From positions 1-64,000 of the forward strand of contig NGBS01000897.1 of assembly GCA_002245135.1 (NCBI GenBank): a stretch of DNA of 64,000 nt. Reading direction: 5' to 3'. Each line of letters starts with the position of its first letter. The first letter of the stretch is position 1. A program made the translations under genes and the position numbers. The notes under the pieces are model-generated. The model searched no databases. It was not told where the DNA came from and saw nothing but the letters and a program-made list of their open reading frames with translations. The DNA is from Proteromonas lacertae (taxonomy: Eukaryota). Of the stretch, positions 12,529 to 23,649 are shown in pieces.

Positions 12529-12585
12529 TATATAAATATTATAAAATTAGCCAGTATATAATTTAAATATAATTATAGAGTATTA

Positions 12586-13509
12586 ATGTTTATGGTTTTA
12601 ACGTATAATATTATTTTTATCCCTATATTTTTAATCATTTTGTATAAATATGTATTTTTTAATTATAAACAATACAATTATATATTTGTTACATGCTACT
12701 TTGAAGATGTTAGACATGATAATAGAAAATTACATACACCACAAAGATATAGAGAATGGATATATACATTCTTTAGTAATATCAATAAACAAGTAGTAGT
12801 ATTTACAGATAATATTACATTAGTGAAACAATATAATCCTCTAAAAATTTATTATTATAAAGATATTGAAAATGTTCCTATAAATATAAACAAAACAGAT
12901 TTATATGCACAACAAATGAAAATGGAAACATGTAAATTTGAAAGAAATATAAGAACAAAAATGATATGGAATAGTAAGCTGTATTTTATGAATATGACTG
13001 CTAATGACTTTAGTTCATTAGTATATATATGGATTGATATAGGGTGTATGAGACACAACCAAATATATAATAACTTTCCTGATATTAATAAGATTAAAGA
13101 ATTATCTAATAACAATGAAATGAATTTTTTTATAATTCGTGAAAGTCCCTTTATTCCCTATAAATTATATAGCTATAAGTGTTTATATATTATTGCAACA
13201 TCTTTTTTTGGATCAAAAATTGCAATACAAAAATATTCAAAAGTATATTACAAAGTTTTAGATTATAACCTTATGAATTATATATATTTTGGTACAGAAC
13301 AGAACATGTTAGATATTATATCTTTTAAATACTTTCCTAATACATTAATATATCCATTATATCAGTCAAAGTGCAATGAAAAAAGTAATTTTTGGAAGTT
13401 TTTAAAATTCTATGCAAACTATCAATGCTCAAAAAATATTCGTGCTTTTAAATATTCAACCAACATTAGATATTTAAAATATCAAAACACAACTAAATGT
13501 GATTGCTAA
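12586..13509 (+). CDS. HtrL/YibB-like putative glycosyltransferase, signal-anchored
   Basis: FVTCYF, Y..W...F, IWNSKLYFM, YIWIDIGCMR, FFG, GTEQNML pattern recalled from HtrL/YibB-type proteins. Confidence 0.65.
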   Translation: MFMVLTYNIIFIPIFLIILYKYVFFNYKQYNYIFVTCYFEDVRHDNRKLHTPQRYREWIYTFFSNINKQVVVFTDNITLVKQYNPLKIYYYKDIENVPININKTDLYAQQMKMETCKFERNIRTKMIWNSKLYFMNMTANDFSSLVYIWIDIGCMRHNQIYNNFPDINKIKELSNNNEMNFFIIRESPFIPYKLYSYKCLYIIATSFFGSKIAIQKYSKVYYKVLDYNLMNYIYFGTEQNMLDIISFKYFPNTLIYPLYQSKCNEKSNFWKFLKFYANYQCSKNIRAFKYSTNIRYLKYQNTTKCDC

Positions 13510-13549
13510 AAGTATATATTCAATTATATATTCTATTACATATATTACA

Positions 13550-14486
13550 TTATGTGAATGAATAATTAACTGTAAATCTAATCAACCACTCCTTAGAAAT
13601 ATTATAATGCCATTCAACATGTTTTTGAATAAGCGTTTCATTATTTATAATTATTTTAATATAATTAGTTATATCTTTAATTGATTTAAAGTGACTCATG
13701 TTTATAATTGAATTAGGATGAAGTAGAAATAGATTGACAGTCTTTGGTCCAAAATATATAGGTATTGAACCTGCTAATAGACAATCAGTCAATTTTTCAG
13801 TAACATAGTCATTGTTAATAGATGATGCTTGAAATACTTTTCCTATCTTCCATAGAACCACAGAATTTTCTATAGCAATACAAAATTTGTATTGTTTCAA
13901 TAGATCTATTTTATTTGTTATAGAAACATTAATAGGCCATTTTTTATTGTTTAAATCTTTCCCATATGAATCAACTTTTATATATTTCATAAACTCCTTA
14001 ACTATATATTGCCTATTATAATATGATACTTTTTGTAAATATATAACATCTTTTCTATTTATGAAGTCTTAATGAATTTGTGAATATTATAATAAGAGTA
14101 TATAAGATATGAAATATGATATTTATTATTAAACAATCTATAATCTACTGCTATCTGATAGTTTTTATTTTTACCCTCTGTTATTTCAATCATATGCTTT
14201 GTTTGACTTAATTTTTCTGATGCCATTATTATATTTATATTATATTTTTTTTCATTTTTATTTTGTGAATATTTCCATTATATAAAACAGCATCATATTT
14301 AATTATTTTATTGCTTAGTATATTGCACTTATACATTCTTTTAGCTTTGACACAATGAAATGGACTTTTAGGTAATTCATAGAATCTATTGAATGAATTT
14401 CCTATAAGAACATTAAATTCATCACACTTTATATTTATACTAAAAATTAATAGTAAAATTAAGACAAAAAACATTATATATGTCAT
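13550..14486 (-). pseudogene. GT10 alpha-1,3/4-fucosyltransferase-like, disrupted
   Basis: VDSYGK, YKFCIAIENS, DYVTEKL..CLLAGSIPIYFG signature; the middle part (13990-14235) has stops/frameshift without an obvious GT-AG intron. Confidence 0.75.
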
Positions 14487-15460
14487 ATTTCAGCATAAGT
14501 ACATTTACCATTTATTAAAGAATAATATTTATCATAATTGTTTTTAATACCATGAATTGCTATAATTCTTCTGCTAATATTAGTTTTATGTATTTGATTC
14601 AAATTACTTATTTGTATTATTCTATATTTTATACGGCATAAAGGATATATACCTTTAGATACTAATAAACCAACATGAACATCTTCTTTGTAAATAATAG
14701 GATATATGGAAAATGAGATTTTATTTATTTCTAACACTAATTTATAGAAATATATTGAAAAAAATCCAAAGAGATAATTGGGTAATATACTGCTATTATA
14801 TAAAAAATGTGGAATGTAACTTCTTGATTTTCTATTCCTACATACTTTTTCCTTTTTTGATAATCTGCCAAATGAACAATTGTTGTTATTCATATCTTTC
14901 AAATAGCTGTATATAAGCTTAATATTTGGAACAACATCTTCATCATTCTTTATTAGGTACTTGAAAATACAATTTTCAACAATCCATTTAATCATCCATA
15001 TAGTCAATGCTGTTAAATTAAAGTAGCTTTCATGAAATGACAATTGTATAATATCGTTATATAAAACAGCTTCTTTTTGAATTAATTGATTATAGTAACG
15101 ATTATTAGATTTTTCTATAAAGAAAAAAGCTGATGAATTATATAATTGTATATCTTTTATCATTGTCATCCTAAAAATCATCCTTGTTTTAAATGAATCA
15201 CTCCTTGATGTTATTCCATATATTATCAGTGACTTATATTTCCTAATGTGTAAAGGCTTTAATATGAAATTAGACATATTAATATTTGTTATTATTAAGT
15301 CTTTCATATTATTACTATGTTTTACATATTGTTCATGATTAATATATTTTATTTCATTAAAGAATAATCTCTTCGAAGTTGATATGTTACTATAATAGAT
15401 AAAAACCAAAAAAAGGAAAATAACACATATATATACCTCTGTTATTTTATTTGTTGCCAT
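14483..15460 (-). CDS. GT31 beta-1,3-galactosyl/GlcNAc-transferase-like
   Basis: EAVLYNDIIQLSFHESYFNLT, KNDEDVVPN, PNYLFG, KEDVHVG, AIHG. Confidence 0.9.
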   Translation of the reverse strand: MATNKITEVYICVIFLFLVFIYYSNISTSKRLFFNEIKYINHEQYVKHSNNMKDLIITNINMSNFILKPLHIRKYKSLIIYGITSRSDSFKTRMIFRMTMIKDIQLYNSSAFFFIEKSNNRYYNQLIQKEAVLYNDIIQLSFHESYFNLTALTIWMIKWIVENCIFKYLIKNDEDVVPNIKLIYSYLKDMNNNNCSFGRLSKKEKVCRNRKSRSYIPHFLYNSSILPNYLFGFFSIYFYKLVLEINKISFSIYPIIYKEDVHVGLLVSKGIYPLCRIKYRIIQISNLNQIHKTNISRRIIAIHGIKNNYDKYYSLINGKCTYAEI

Positions 15461-15542
15461 TTTTGTATTTGAAAATATATCATACTCGATTTTAAAAAAT
15501 CATTTCACATTCATGTATGTATATAATTATTTTCTGTAGATT

Positions 15543-16364
15543 ATGTTATACTTTTTTTTAATATTTCTTATTCTAGCATATATGCTGCAACGTAATAAAA
15601 ATATCCATCATAAAAAAGAAAATAGCTATAATATATTTGCGTTTATTAGAGTTAAAAACGAAGTTAAAACTTTATTACAATCATTAAATAGTATTACTTC
15701 ATTTGTTTCAGATGGATTAATAGCTTATAACGAATGTGATGATGGAAGTGAAAGAATAATTATTAATTTTTGTATGAAACATAATAATTTTAAATTATTC
15801 TATTATCCATATTGGGTTATAAAAGCAGGATCATCTTATTATAGGTTTAACAAACACAAAATAAACAGATTGGATACATTTTATAATGAAATTTTAAAAA
15901 TAATACCGAAAAACAGATGGATCATGAAAATTGATTGTGATCAAATATATGACAAAGATGCAATTCTTAATTCTTTAAAACTATTATCATCAAAAAATGA
16001 CTTTCTTACATTTCCTAGAATTGAATTGCATATTAATGAAGGTGATATATGGATTAAAAAAACTAATCCAATAGTCAATCCTGGTGATCAGTTTATTTTC
16101 TTTTATGATGGATCACAATATTTTAAAATGCATATATCTAAAAATCATGCTTTTGAGTTGTTAATAATGAAAAATAGAATTATAAAGAAAGCTATTATAT
16201 CTATTTATCATTTTCCGTTATTAAAATCATATAGACATACATTAAATATATCAGAATGGGGAGTTAGATTAATTGAATGGAAAAGGAAAAGCAAAAACTA
16301 CAAATTAGCAATTAGAGTTGAGGAAATAGTTATATCTAACTTTCTTAACAATTTTATTAAATAA
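15543..16364 (+). CDS. CgtA-like beta-1,4-N-acetylgalactosaminyltransferase family protein, signal-anchored
   Basis: FAFIRVKNE..TL..SL.SI, IAYNECDDGS, FYYPY, FYN..L..IPKNRWIMKIDCDQIYD, YHFPLLK match the Campylobacter CgtA-family pattern as recalled. Confidence 0.8.
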   Translation: MLYFFLIFLILAYMLQRNKNIHHKKENSYNIFAFIRVKNEVKTLLQSLNSITSFVSDGLIAYNECDDGSERIIINFCMKHNNFKLFYYPYWVIKAGSSYYRFNKHKINRLDTFYNEILKIIPKNRWIMKIDCDQIYDKDAILNSLKLLSSKNDFLTFPRIELHINEGDIWIKKTNPIVNPGDQFIFFYDGSQYFKMHISKNHAFELLIMKNRIIKKAIISIYHFPLLKSYRHTLNISEWGVRLIEWKRKSKNYKLAIRVEEIVISNFLNNFIK

Positions 16365-16645
16365 TCTATTTATTTCATGATGAAAAAATATGGGATATTA
16401 CTTTCAAGATAACCCTTAAATGAACATTTTTCTAAGATTTTGATAGTAGTATATAATTCCATATGATTATTATATATTCAATTTAATTTCCCTATACTTA
16501 CACAACTATTCTATTTTAATCATACAAAAAAAATAAATTATGTGAATAAGAATTTAGGTCATTTAATAGACAGTGTGAAAAAATACTCGAAGAATTGTTT
16601 TAGGTTATTTGAAAATGAAAATAAGTAAAAGATAATCATTATAGC

Positions 16646-17347
16646 ATGAAATATTATATTTCATTTATTTATTGTTTAATGTTTATTATCATATATAATA
16701 ATAGTATAGCATCAAGAAAAACAATGATATGCCCTTGGAGAAGACAATATATTTCATATGATAAATCAAGAAAAGAATTATGTAATAAATATATTCATTT
16801 AATAAATAATTTGAATTTATTTTATTTTATTGCATTTGGATCTCTTCTTGGTGCAGTGAGAAATGGTGGTTTAATAAAATATGATGCTGATATTGATATT
16901 ATTGTGCCAGTATCAAAGAATCCGCATATTTTTAAATGCAATAAAGTAATTAATATTACTAATGAGAAATTCAAACAGAGAAGCGTTATATTGAATTATG
17001 ATGTTAAATTATGCAAACATAAAAGAGTATACTATAGTAAAATTCTGTATAAGTATGTTTTAAATAAATGTAAAAAATACAATTTCATAAAAGTTAGATT
17101 TACTTCTGAAGTGATAGCTTTTTATTTATCAACAGATTTATATATAGATATTTATCCAACAATTGCAAATGAATGGATTTATAGAGATTATAATATTTGT
17201 AAGTGTAAATTTTGTAATGTTTATACGTATTGCCATGTTAATTCATATTCTTTAAGCAAAACAATGTATGGAAATGACTATCTAGTCCAATTACGAAAAA
17301 AATCTAAATTAAGAACTACTCATATAAATATAACTCAAATAATATAA
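16646..17347 (+). CDS. LicD/fukutin-family phosphotransferase
   Basis: FGSLLGAVRNGGLIKYDADIDI, IDIYP, YGNDY. Confidence 0.9.
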   Translation: MKYYISFIYCLMFIIIYNNSIASRKTMICPWRRQYISYDKSRKELCNKYIHLINNLNLFYFIAFGSLLGAVRNGGLIKYDADIDIIVPVSKNPHIFKCNKVINITNEKFKQRSVILNYDVKLCKHKRVYYSKILYKYVLNKCKKYNFIKVRFTSEVIAFYLSTDLYIDIYPTIANEWIYRDYNICKCKFCNVYTYCHVNSYSLSKTMYGNDYLVQLRKKSKLRTTHINITQII

Positions 17348-17479
17348 CAATTATATAAATATATCAAAAATAATTACGTAAAAATTATGCAATTGTAGAT
17401 TACATATAAAGTAATGATGAAAAACAAGTCACTTTCCTGTTTTTGTGCAATTTTATTTATATTTTAATTTCTATGTAAT

Positions 17480-18394
17480 CTACAGCTGTTTAAACATGCA
17501 ATTATTATTTATATACCGCATAGAATTAACATTAACTCCATGAACTGCTAGATAGATATGAATATCTTTACATCTATGAAAAATATTTCTCCTTAAATAG
17601 TATTTGTTTATTTTATTAATTTCAATTTTATTTTCTTTCAAAAAAATACCTAATTGTATATCTTCTCTGTATATTAAATTAAAATGTTTGTTATTCATTG
17701 TGTTAATCAAGTTATTCCATTTTTTACATTTAGGAAAAATATAGAAATTACCAGCTACAAACTCTGGTAATGTTTCAAATGGGTATAATAAATATGGAAG
17801 ATAGTTGGAATGATTTTTATTTCTATTTGTTTTCATTGGTGGATAATAATAACCATGAATAACTATATCTTTATTATTAAATACTAAAATATACAAGTAT
17901 ATTAGCTGCAAATTCGGATAAACATCACTATCTACTCTTATTATATAATTAAAGAATTTATCATTATCTTTTGCCCAATTATATATCAAAATTGTTGATA
18001 TTGTAAGATTGTAATAACTATCTACAAATGAGAACTGGATCATATCTTCTTCTATACTATTGTATCCTTTTTCATTTTTACCTACATAGAATATTATTTT
18101 TAATTTCATAAAATCAGCAAGTTTTCCCCATGTATTTCTTATTACATCTCTCTTTTGCTTATTTATATAGCATATAGGAACAATAATAATTGCTTTTGTA
18201 AAATCATAAATTATAATGTTTTTTATGATATGGAAAGAGAAAGGTGAATGAACATCTAGTTTGTGTATGTCTAATTTAGTAAATATTTCACAATCTGAAG
18301 ATTTAATAATGTTTTTGTTTATATAGTATAAGATGATATTATAAAATAACAAAAAAATATTAAAATAACAAACAATATTAAACTTATAATTCAA
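17480..18394 (-). CDS. GT31 beta-1,3-galactosyltransferase-like
   Basis: RDVIRNTWG, FVDSYYNLT, RVDSDVYPN, PEFVAG, REDIQLG, AVHG. Start codon uncertain (ORF track uses TTG). Confidence 0.88.
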   Translation of the reverse strand: MNYKFNIVCYFNIFLLFYNIILYYINKNIIKSSDCEIFTKLDIHKLDVHSPFSFHIIKNIIIYDFTKAIIIVPICYINKQKRDVIRNTWGKLADFMKLKIIFYVGKNEKGYNSIEEDMIQFSFVDSYYNLTISTILIYNWAKDNDKFFNYIIRVDSDVYPNLQLIYLYILVFNNKDIVIHGYYYPPMKTNRNKNHSNYLPYLLYPFETLPEFVAGNFYIFPKCKKWNNLINTMNNKHFNLIYREDIQLGIFLKENKIEINKINKYYLRRNIFHRCKDIHIYLAVHGVNVNSMRYINNNCMFKQL

Positions 18395-18426
18395 ATTTTA
18401 TAAAAAGAACAGAAAATGTTCTTAAA

Positions 18427-19400
18427 TTGCAAAAAAGACCACTTATATTTCAAACACCGCCACCTTTGCCTCCACTTAACAATTCAAATAATTATGATGA
18501 AGATAGGCCATATGATAATGATAATGATGATAATATGCCTATTTACCCAAGAAAACATAGAACTATCAAACAAACATCGCACAAAATTTTTGGAGGAATT
18601 GTTGTGTGACGTTTGTCAGAGTATGCCGTTTGTTTGCCAGACATTTTTAGAACAAACTAAATGCATATTCTTACTTATTTAGATGAAAAATATTTACACA
18701 TTTACAAATTGGTGATATGAAAATCAATGATATAGTAATGCTATCAATATTTGAAATTCAATTTATTCCAATACAATAACATTTAGAACCAGTTGAATAA
18801 CCATTAGTAATAAAGAATATAAGCAAAGATCCAATTGGGTTACATTGTATTGCATATGATTTACAATATAATGTTAACAGAACAAGTAGCGTAGTAGAAG
18901 AAAGATCAACTTTACCAATGAATATGTAGATAAGAAGAAAAGTGAAAAATCAATGAAGTAATTTGAAGAACAATAGTAATGGCAATTTAGAAACAAGCTG
19001 ATACTTTGAGATTAGGATATGGTGGAATAATGAGAGATATGAAAAAGAAAAAGGATTAGTGTTTTGAATTATATTGGAAGGATAGATTAAATTATGGTAA
19101 TGCAATGATTCATTGATTATCTCCGATTATCGAGGAATTCCTAATGAAGAAATTTCCATAGATGAAATATATAAATTCAAAATCAAACATATAAATTAAA
19201 TGAAAAGAGAGAATTAGTTACTGAGATAATATTTACAATAAAAGAAGTTACATTAAATGAAACAGAGTTTGTTTGGGATAATTTGTACTGGTACATTTAT
19301 ATATGTTTATGAATATATGGAATTGATTACTATTCAACTGATGAAGTTGATAATGTCATTATGATTTTGTTGAACAGCTTTAAAATTTCTATAAATGATG
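18427..19400 (+). pseudogene. Degenerate coding relic, unknown family
   Basis: Protein-like frame (QTPPPLPP..., RLSEYAVCLPDIFRTN, ISKDPIGLHCIAYDLQY) broken by repeated stops; boundaries approximate. Confidence 0.3.
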
Positions 19401-20438
19401 GCTGGTTAATTAAAAGGTAATGACAATACAAATAAGAAATAAGGGAAAGAATTATTAGTAGAATTATATATGAATTATTATCTTAGATTCGATATTAATA
19501 GAAGGGGTTGATTGTTACGCTTATATCTTAAATCTTAGATTTAATTATTTAAGATTTAAAATATATAAATAAACATTCTTTCTTTTGTTTTTTGGGGGTA
19601 AGAGTATTATAGACAACAGTAATTATCTATATATCTATATTAATTCATTACTTGTCGCGCGCGATAAAGAAATTTGCGCGATAAAGGATTTATAAACTTT
19701 CCTTTGAAACTAATACTATATTTACAATATATACTACTTATACTTTACATACCATATGTTATATATATGATTTATGTTAAATGAGGCGATATCAGACAAT
19801 AGAGCAGCATATATCATATTATAACATATATCAAAACTCCTTATATTAACTATGTATATTATGAAATATTATGATATAAATCAATTTTGATGTTGAGAAA
19901 ATTTAAAAAATAAGATCAAATTCCTTTTATTTTTTACCCCCATATTTTTGTTCAAAAATTAAAATTTCTTTTTATTAAGAAATATTTTAGTACTTCTAAA
20001 TATATGTGTAGATTAATATTGCTGCAACATACTTATTAGGTAAATAAAAAAGATGAGTTATAAATAGTTGTAAGTATCATTTTTACAATTCTGTAATAAT
20101 ATCATTAGAATGGTTCATTTATGAATTTTCTATTGTAATAATATCTTGTTATTCTTATTTTCCTATTCAAATGTTTAATCAAATAATAGAGGAAGTAAAA
20201 AGAAAATTTCAAATTTGCTATTTTCTTATATATTTATTATTTTCTCTATTATTTATATTACAAATAAACTTTTGTTTATGATTATGAATGTTTATAAAGT
20301 CGTTTTTTATTGTTAATTATTGTAATTTAATATATTAATTAGATATTATATGTTATTATTTTATTTTTAAACTGTAATAACAATATTGTAAAACAAAAGT
20401 GATTATGAATGAGGTAATTATTATATCGTTACTGAGAT

Positions 20439-23230
20439 TTAAAAACGATGTAAGGTATTCTTTTGGTAATTCTTGTAAAACTTAGCTTTTTCTTCCACAG
20501 TCAATTTACTCATAGCAGAGAATAAATCTTCTATAAAATAATTAATATTAAAACTCTCTATATTCTGTATTTCATCTATCCTTAGGTTTTTCAGTCTACA
20601 TCCCAAATAAAAGAGGGTGTAATACCCACAATTTACTTTATCACGATTACTTTGTTTCACATTAGTTTCCATAATTTGGTAACTTAATTCCACGTTACTC
20701 TCAAAAAATCTGTATATTCTATAGATAATATTATCTCTTGCATCATTATAATCCCCTCTATAAATGTTTAAGCTGTCATAGATATAATATTTAATATATT
20801 TATTGCTGTTATATTTCACTTCAAATAACGACCAATGTTGATAATCTTTGTCGCATACTGGGAAAAAATATATACCATCGTTCTTTATTTTACTTAATAA
20901 ACGTAATTGTTCATCACTTTTATATATATTACCTGGATCTATTACATTATCATTACACTGATTAATGAAGTGTATATAAAACACTAGATCTTCGGATTTT
21001 AATCTCTCTTTTAATAATAGATGATTAACTATAATATTAAATTGTCTTAAGAAACAGTTCTTTTGCTTACCTTTTAGTGATATTGTATTATAATTGTATG
21101 GATTTATAATTAATCTAACAAAATTTAATGTATTTTCTTCATTGCGTGAATAGAATAGAGAATCACCATCATCATCATCATGTATATTGACGTAAAAACA
21201 GGACAACTTCAGTCTGTATGATTTATATTCTAATAGTTTAGAGATATATTCTCTTAGCAAATCGCTCATTAGAATAACATCTAACTCCAATACTTCAATA
21301 TTGTTGTAATCAGAATTCATAATCATAAATGTCACAGTAGCAGCAATATCTGTGGCTTCTGGAAAATTGCTCCTAACATTTATTATATTTATTTCATATT
21401 TACTTAGATTTGATATATATGAGGATATATATTTAAGATCTGTATTATAGTCATATGTATTAATTGAATCATATATTTTAATCATCCCTTTATCCTTTTC
21501 TATCATAATTAAATAGCATCGATGTGATTTAATTAATATGCTCATACTTTTATTATTATATAATAACATATTGTTACTTAATAGATTAATGTCATTAAAA
21601 TCATATAATTGAAGTATATACCATATCTGATATATATTTAACTCCTTTTTTCCTATTTTATCTCTTACTTTTATCACATTTTCTAATTGTTCTTCAGTTA
21701 AAGTATCTTTACCATCATAGTCAGAAGTAATTTTTCCAAATATGCTATAAACTGCATTTTTAGAAGGATGTCTAATGATATCTGATAGAATTTTTTGGTA
21801 TGTATCAGTTTTTCTTTTCTTTTTCTGAGGATTGACCTATTTAATAAAATAATAATAATACTAATTGCATATCCATTTTTCTTTTGAGTTTTTCTTGAAG
21901 ATCAGTTGATATAGGAATGACTTCCACTGCCGATGAATTAGTCAATCTTATTTCGTTATCTTTGTTACTATGTTAATTATTAATATACATATCTATACAC
22001 TGCATATAATGAATCATTATTTTTGTTCTTTTTGATTATTCTGAACTCATTTTTATCTTTTTGATTTTTTATTTTCTTAGTAAAAACAATTGCATTGCCA
22101 TGCTGGGGGTTTGATACTTTTTCACTCAACTTTTTAATCGAATTCATTACCATCTTACTATTTTTTTTCTCTATTCTAATATTAACAGATTGTTTGATAT
22201 TATCTATTACTGACTTATTCCTATTAATATCTTTATTTATTTTTTCATCATTTATTTCTTCATTGTCTATGTTATAACCATAATCTACATTATTATTACT
22301 TATATTGTAAAATAATTTTGGGTTTTCTTTTTGTAGTTCTTCTACATCCATAAAAAAAAGACTTCTTGGCTTGCAATGTGTTGTTGAAGAAATCGAAGTA
22401 TTCATATCTTCAATTATATTTTCTATAAATTCTGTCCATTCATGACCCTCATTTTCAGATAAGTAACCATCTACTAAGCGTTCTATAACTTGATTATAAC
22501 GTTCAACCTTACCATTCGTTTGAGGATGATAAGGCGAGCTTGTTATCTTTTTGGTATGATAATCTGCCATTAATTCATTCAATATATTGTTGACAAACTC
22601 AGGTCCGTTATCAGATTGAATAATTGATGGGGCGCCAAAAATTCGTATATAACTTTTAATATTTTCTGCTGTTTCTTTGGCACTTTTTGTCTTTTGACAA
22701 TAAATCATAATAAAACTACTATAATGATCAATAATAGATAAAAGAAATTTTTCATTTGAATGATATTTGCTCATATTTATTAAATCAATCAGTATCCTTT
22801 CTCTTGGTGCATGAGATATGATTGGTTGCATTGGATTACTACGACTAATCTTCTTAATTTTGTGACAAACAGCGCATGCATTTAAATAGATTCTAATCAT
22901 GTCTCTTGTTATACCAAAATATTTTGCATCACAATTAATATATTGCATCATGAAACGCTCTCTTCTATGCCCATGAGATCTATGAATATCATCCAATATA
23001 TCAAAACTTTCTTCCAATTTCACTACCAACTTATCTTCGAAGTAGAGTTTATTATTCTCGACTTTATACTTTTTAAGTTTGTAATAATTAATGTTATTCA
23101 AATATTTGTCATACTTTTTCTGATCAAATGTCCATGAGTTTGTACCACTTAAGCATAATTTATCTATTTCTTCGTAATAGTGTTTGACATGATCAGCTCT
23201 AAGCAATGTATCAAGATCTTCATCAGATGA
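20439..23230 (-). CDS. Integrase (HHCC + rve DDE) fused to tandem Ulp1/C48-like peptidase domains via two short introns
   Basis: IHRSHGH..CAVC, IDLINM, QSDNGPEF, PYHPQTNGKVERYN; removing introns 21968-21998 and 21837-21861 joins ORF 21980-23206 in frame to ORF 20439-21677, which has QHWSLF, YDSL, KQSNRDKVNCGYY. 5' exon(s) upstream of 23230 unresolved. Confidence 0.85.
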
Positions 23231-23610
23231 CCTAATTATAAATATAGAATAATAAGTAAATAAAAGATATATAGGCTAATAAAGATTAGAACAATTTTGT
23301 AGATTTCAATCACATTTTCTTGCATAACCTAAATAATGAGTAAATTGTTATTTTACCAATAAAATTACTCAAATTGTCTGATAATATTCTATCTTCACAT
23401 GGTTTTGTTTCTGAATCTCTCATGTTCATATAATAACATAAATCTAGGAATGATAATTGCAACTATCAGTTTGATGGATTATATGGTGTAGTTTTCTTCA
23501 TTTAACGTGAATAGACTAACGCCTTAAACAGCATAACCCCACTAGAGTAATTACAGAATATATTGCCATATTTGATGTAAATTCCTTTCAGTTATACAAA
23601 TATATCAAAT

Positions 23611-23617
<7 letters not shown>

Positions 23618-23646
<29 letters not shown>
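23618..23646. repeat. (TA)n microsatellite inside the transposon
   Basis: Directly visible run of TA units. Confidence 0.9.

Positions 23647-23649
<3 letters not shown>

Noticed and set aside
1..18394. Bacterial contaminant or true bacterial operon
   Set aside because: Strands alternate, genes carry eukaryote-style signal anchors, some have GT-AG mini-introns, and a eukaryotic pogo element is inserted; composition looks like the rest of the window.
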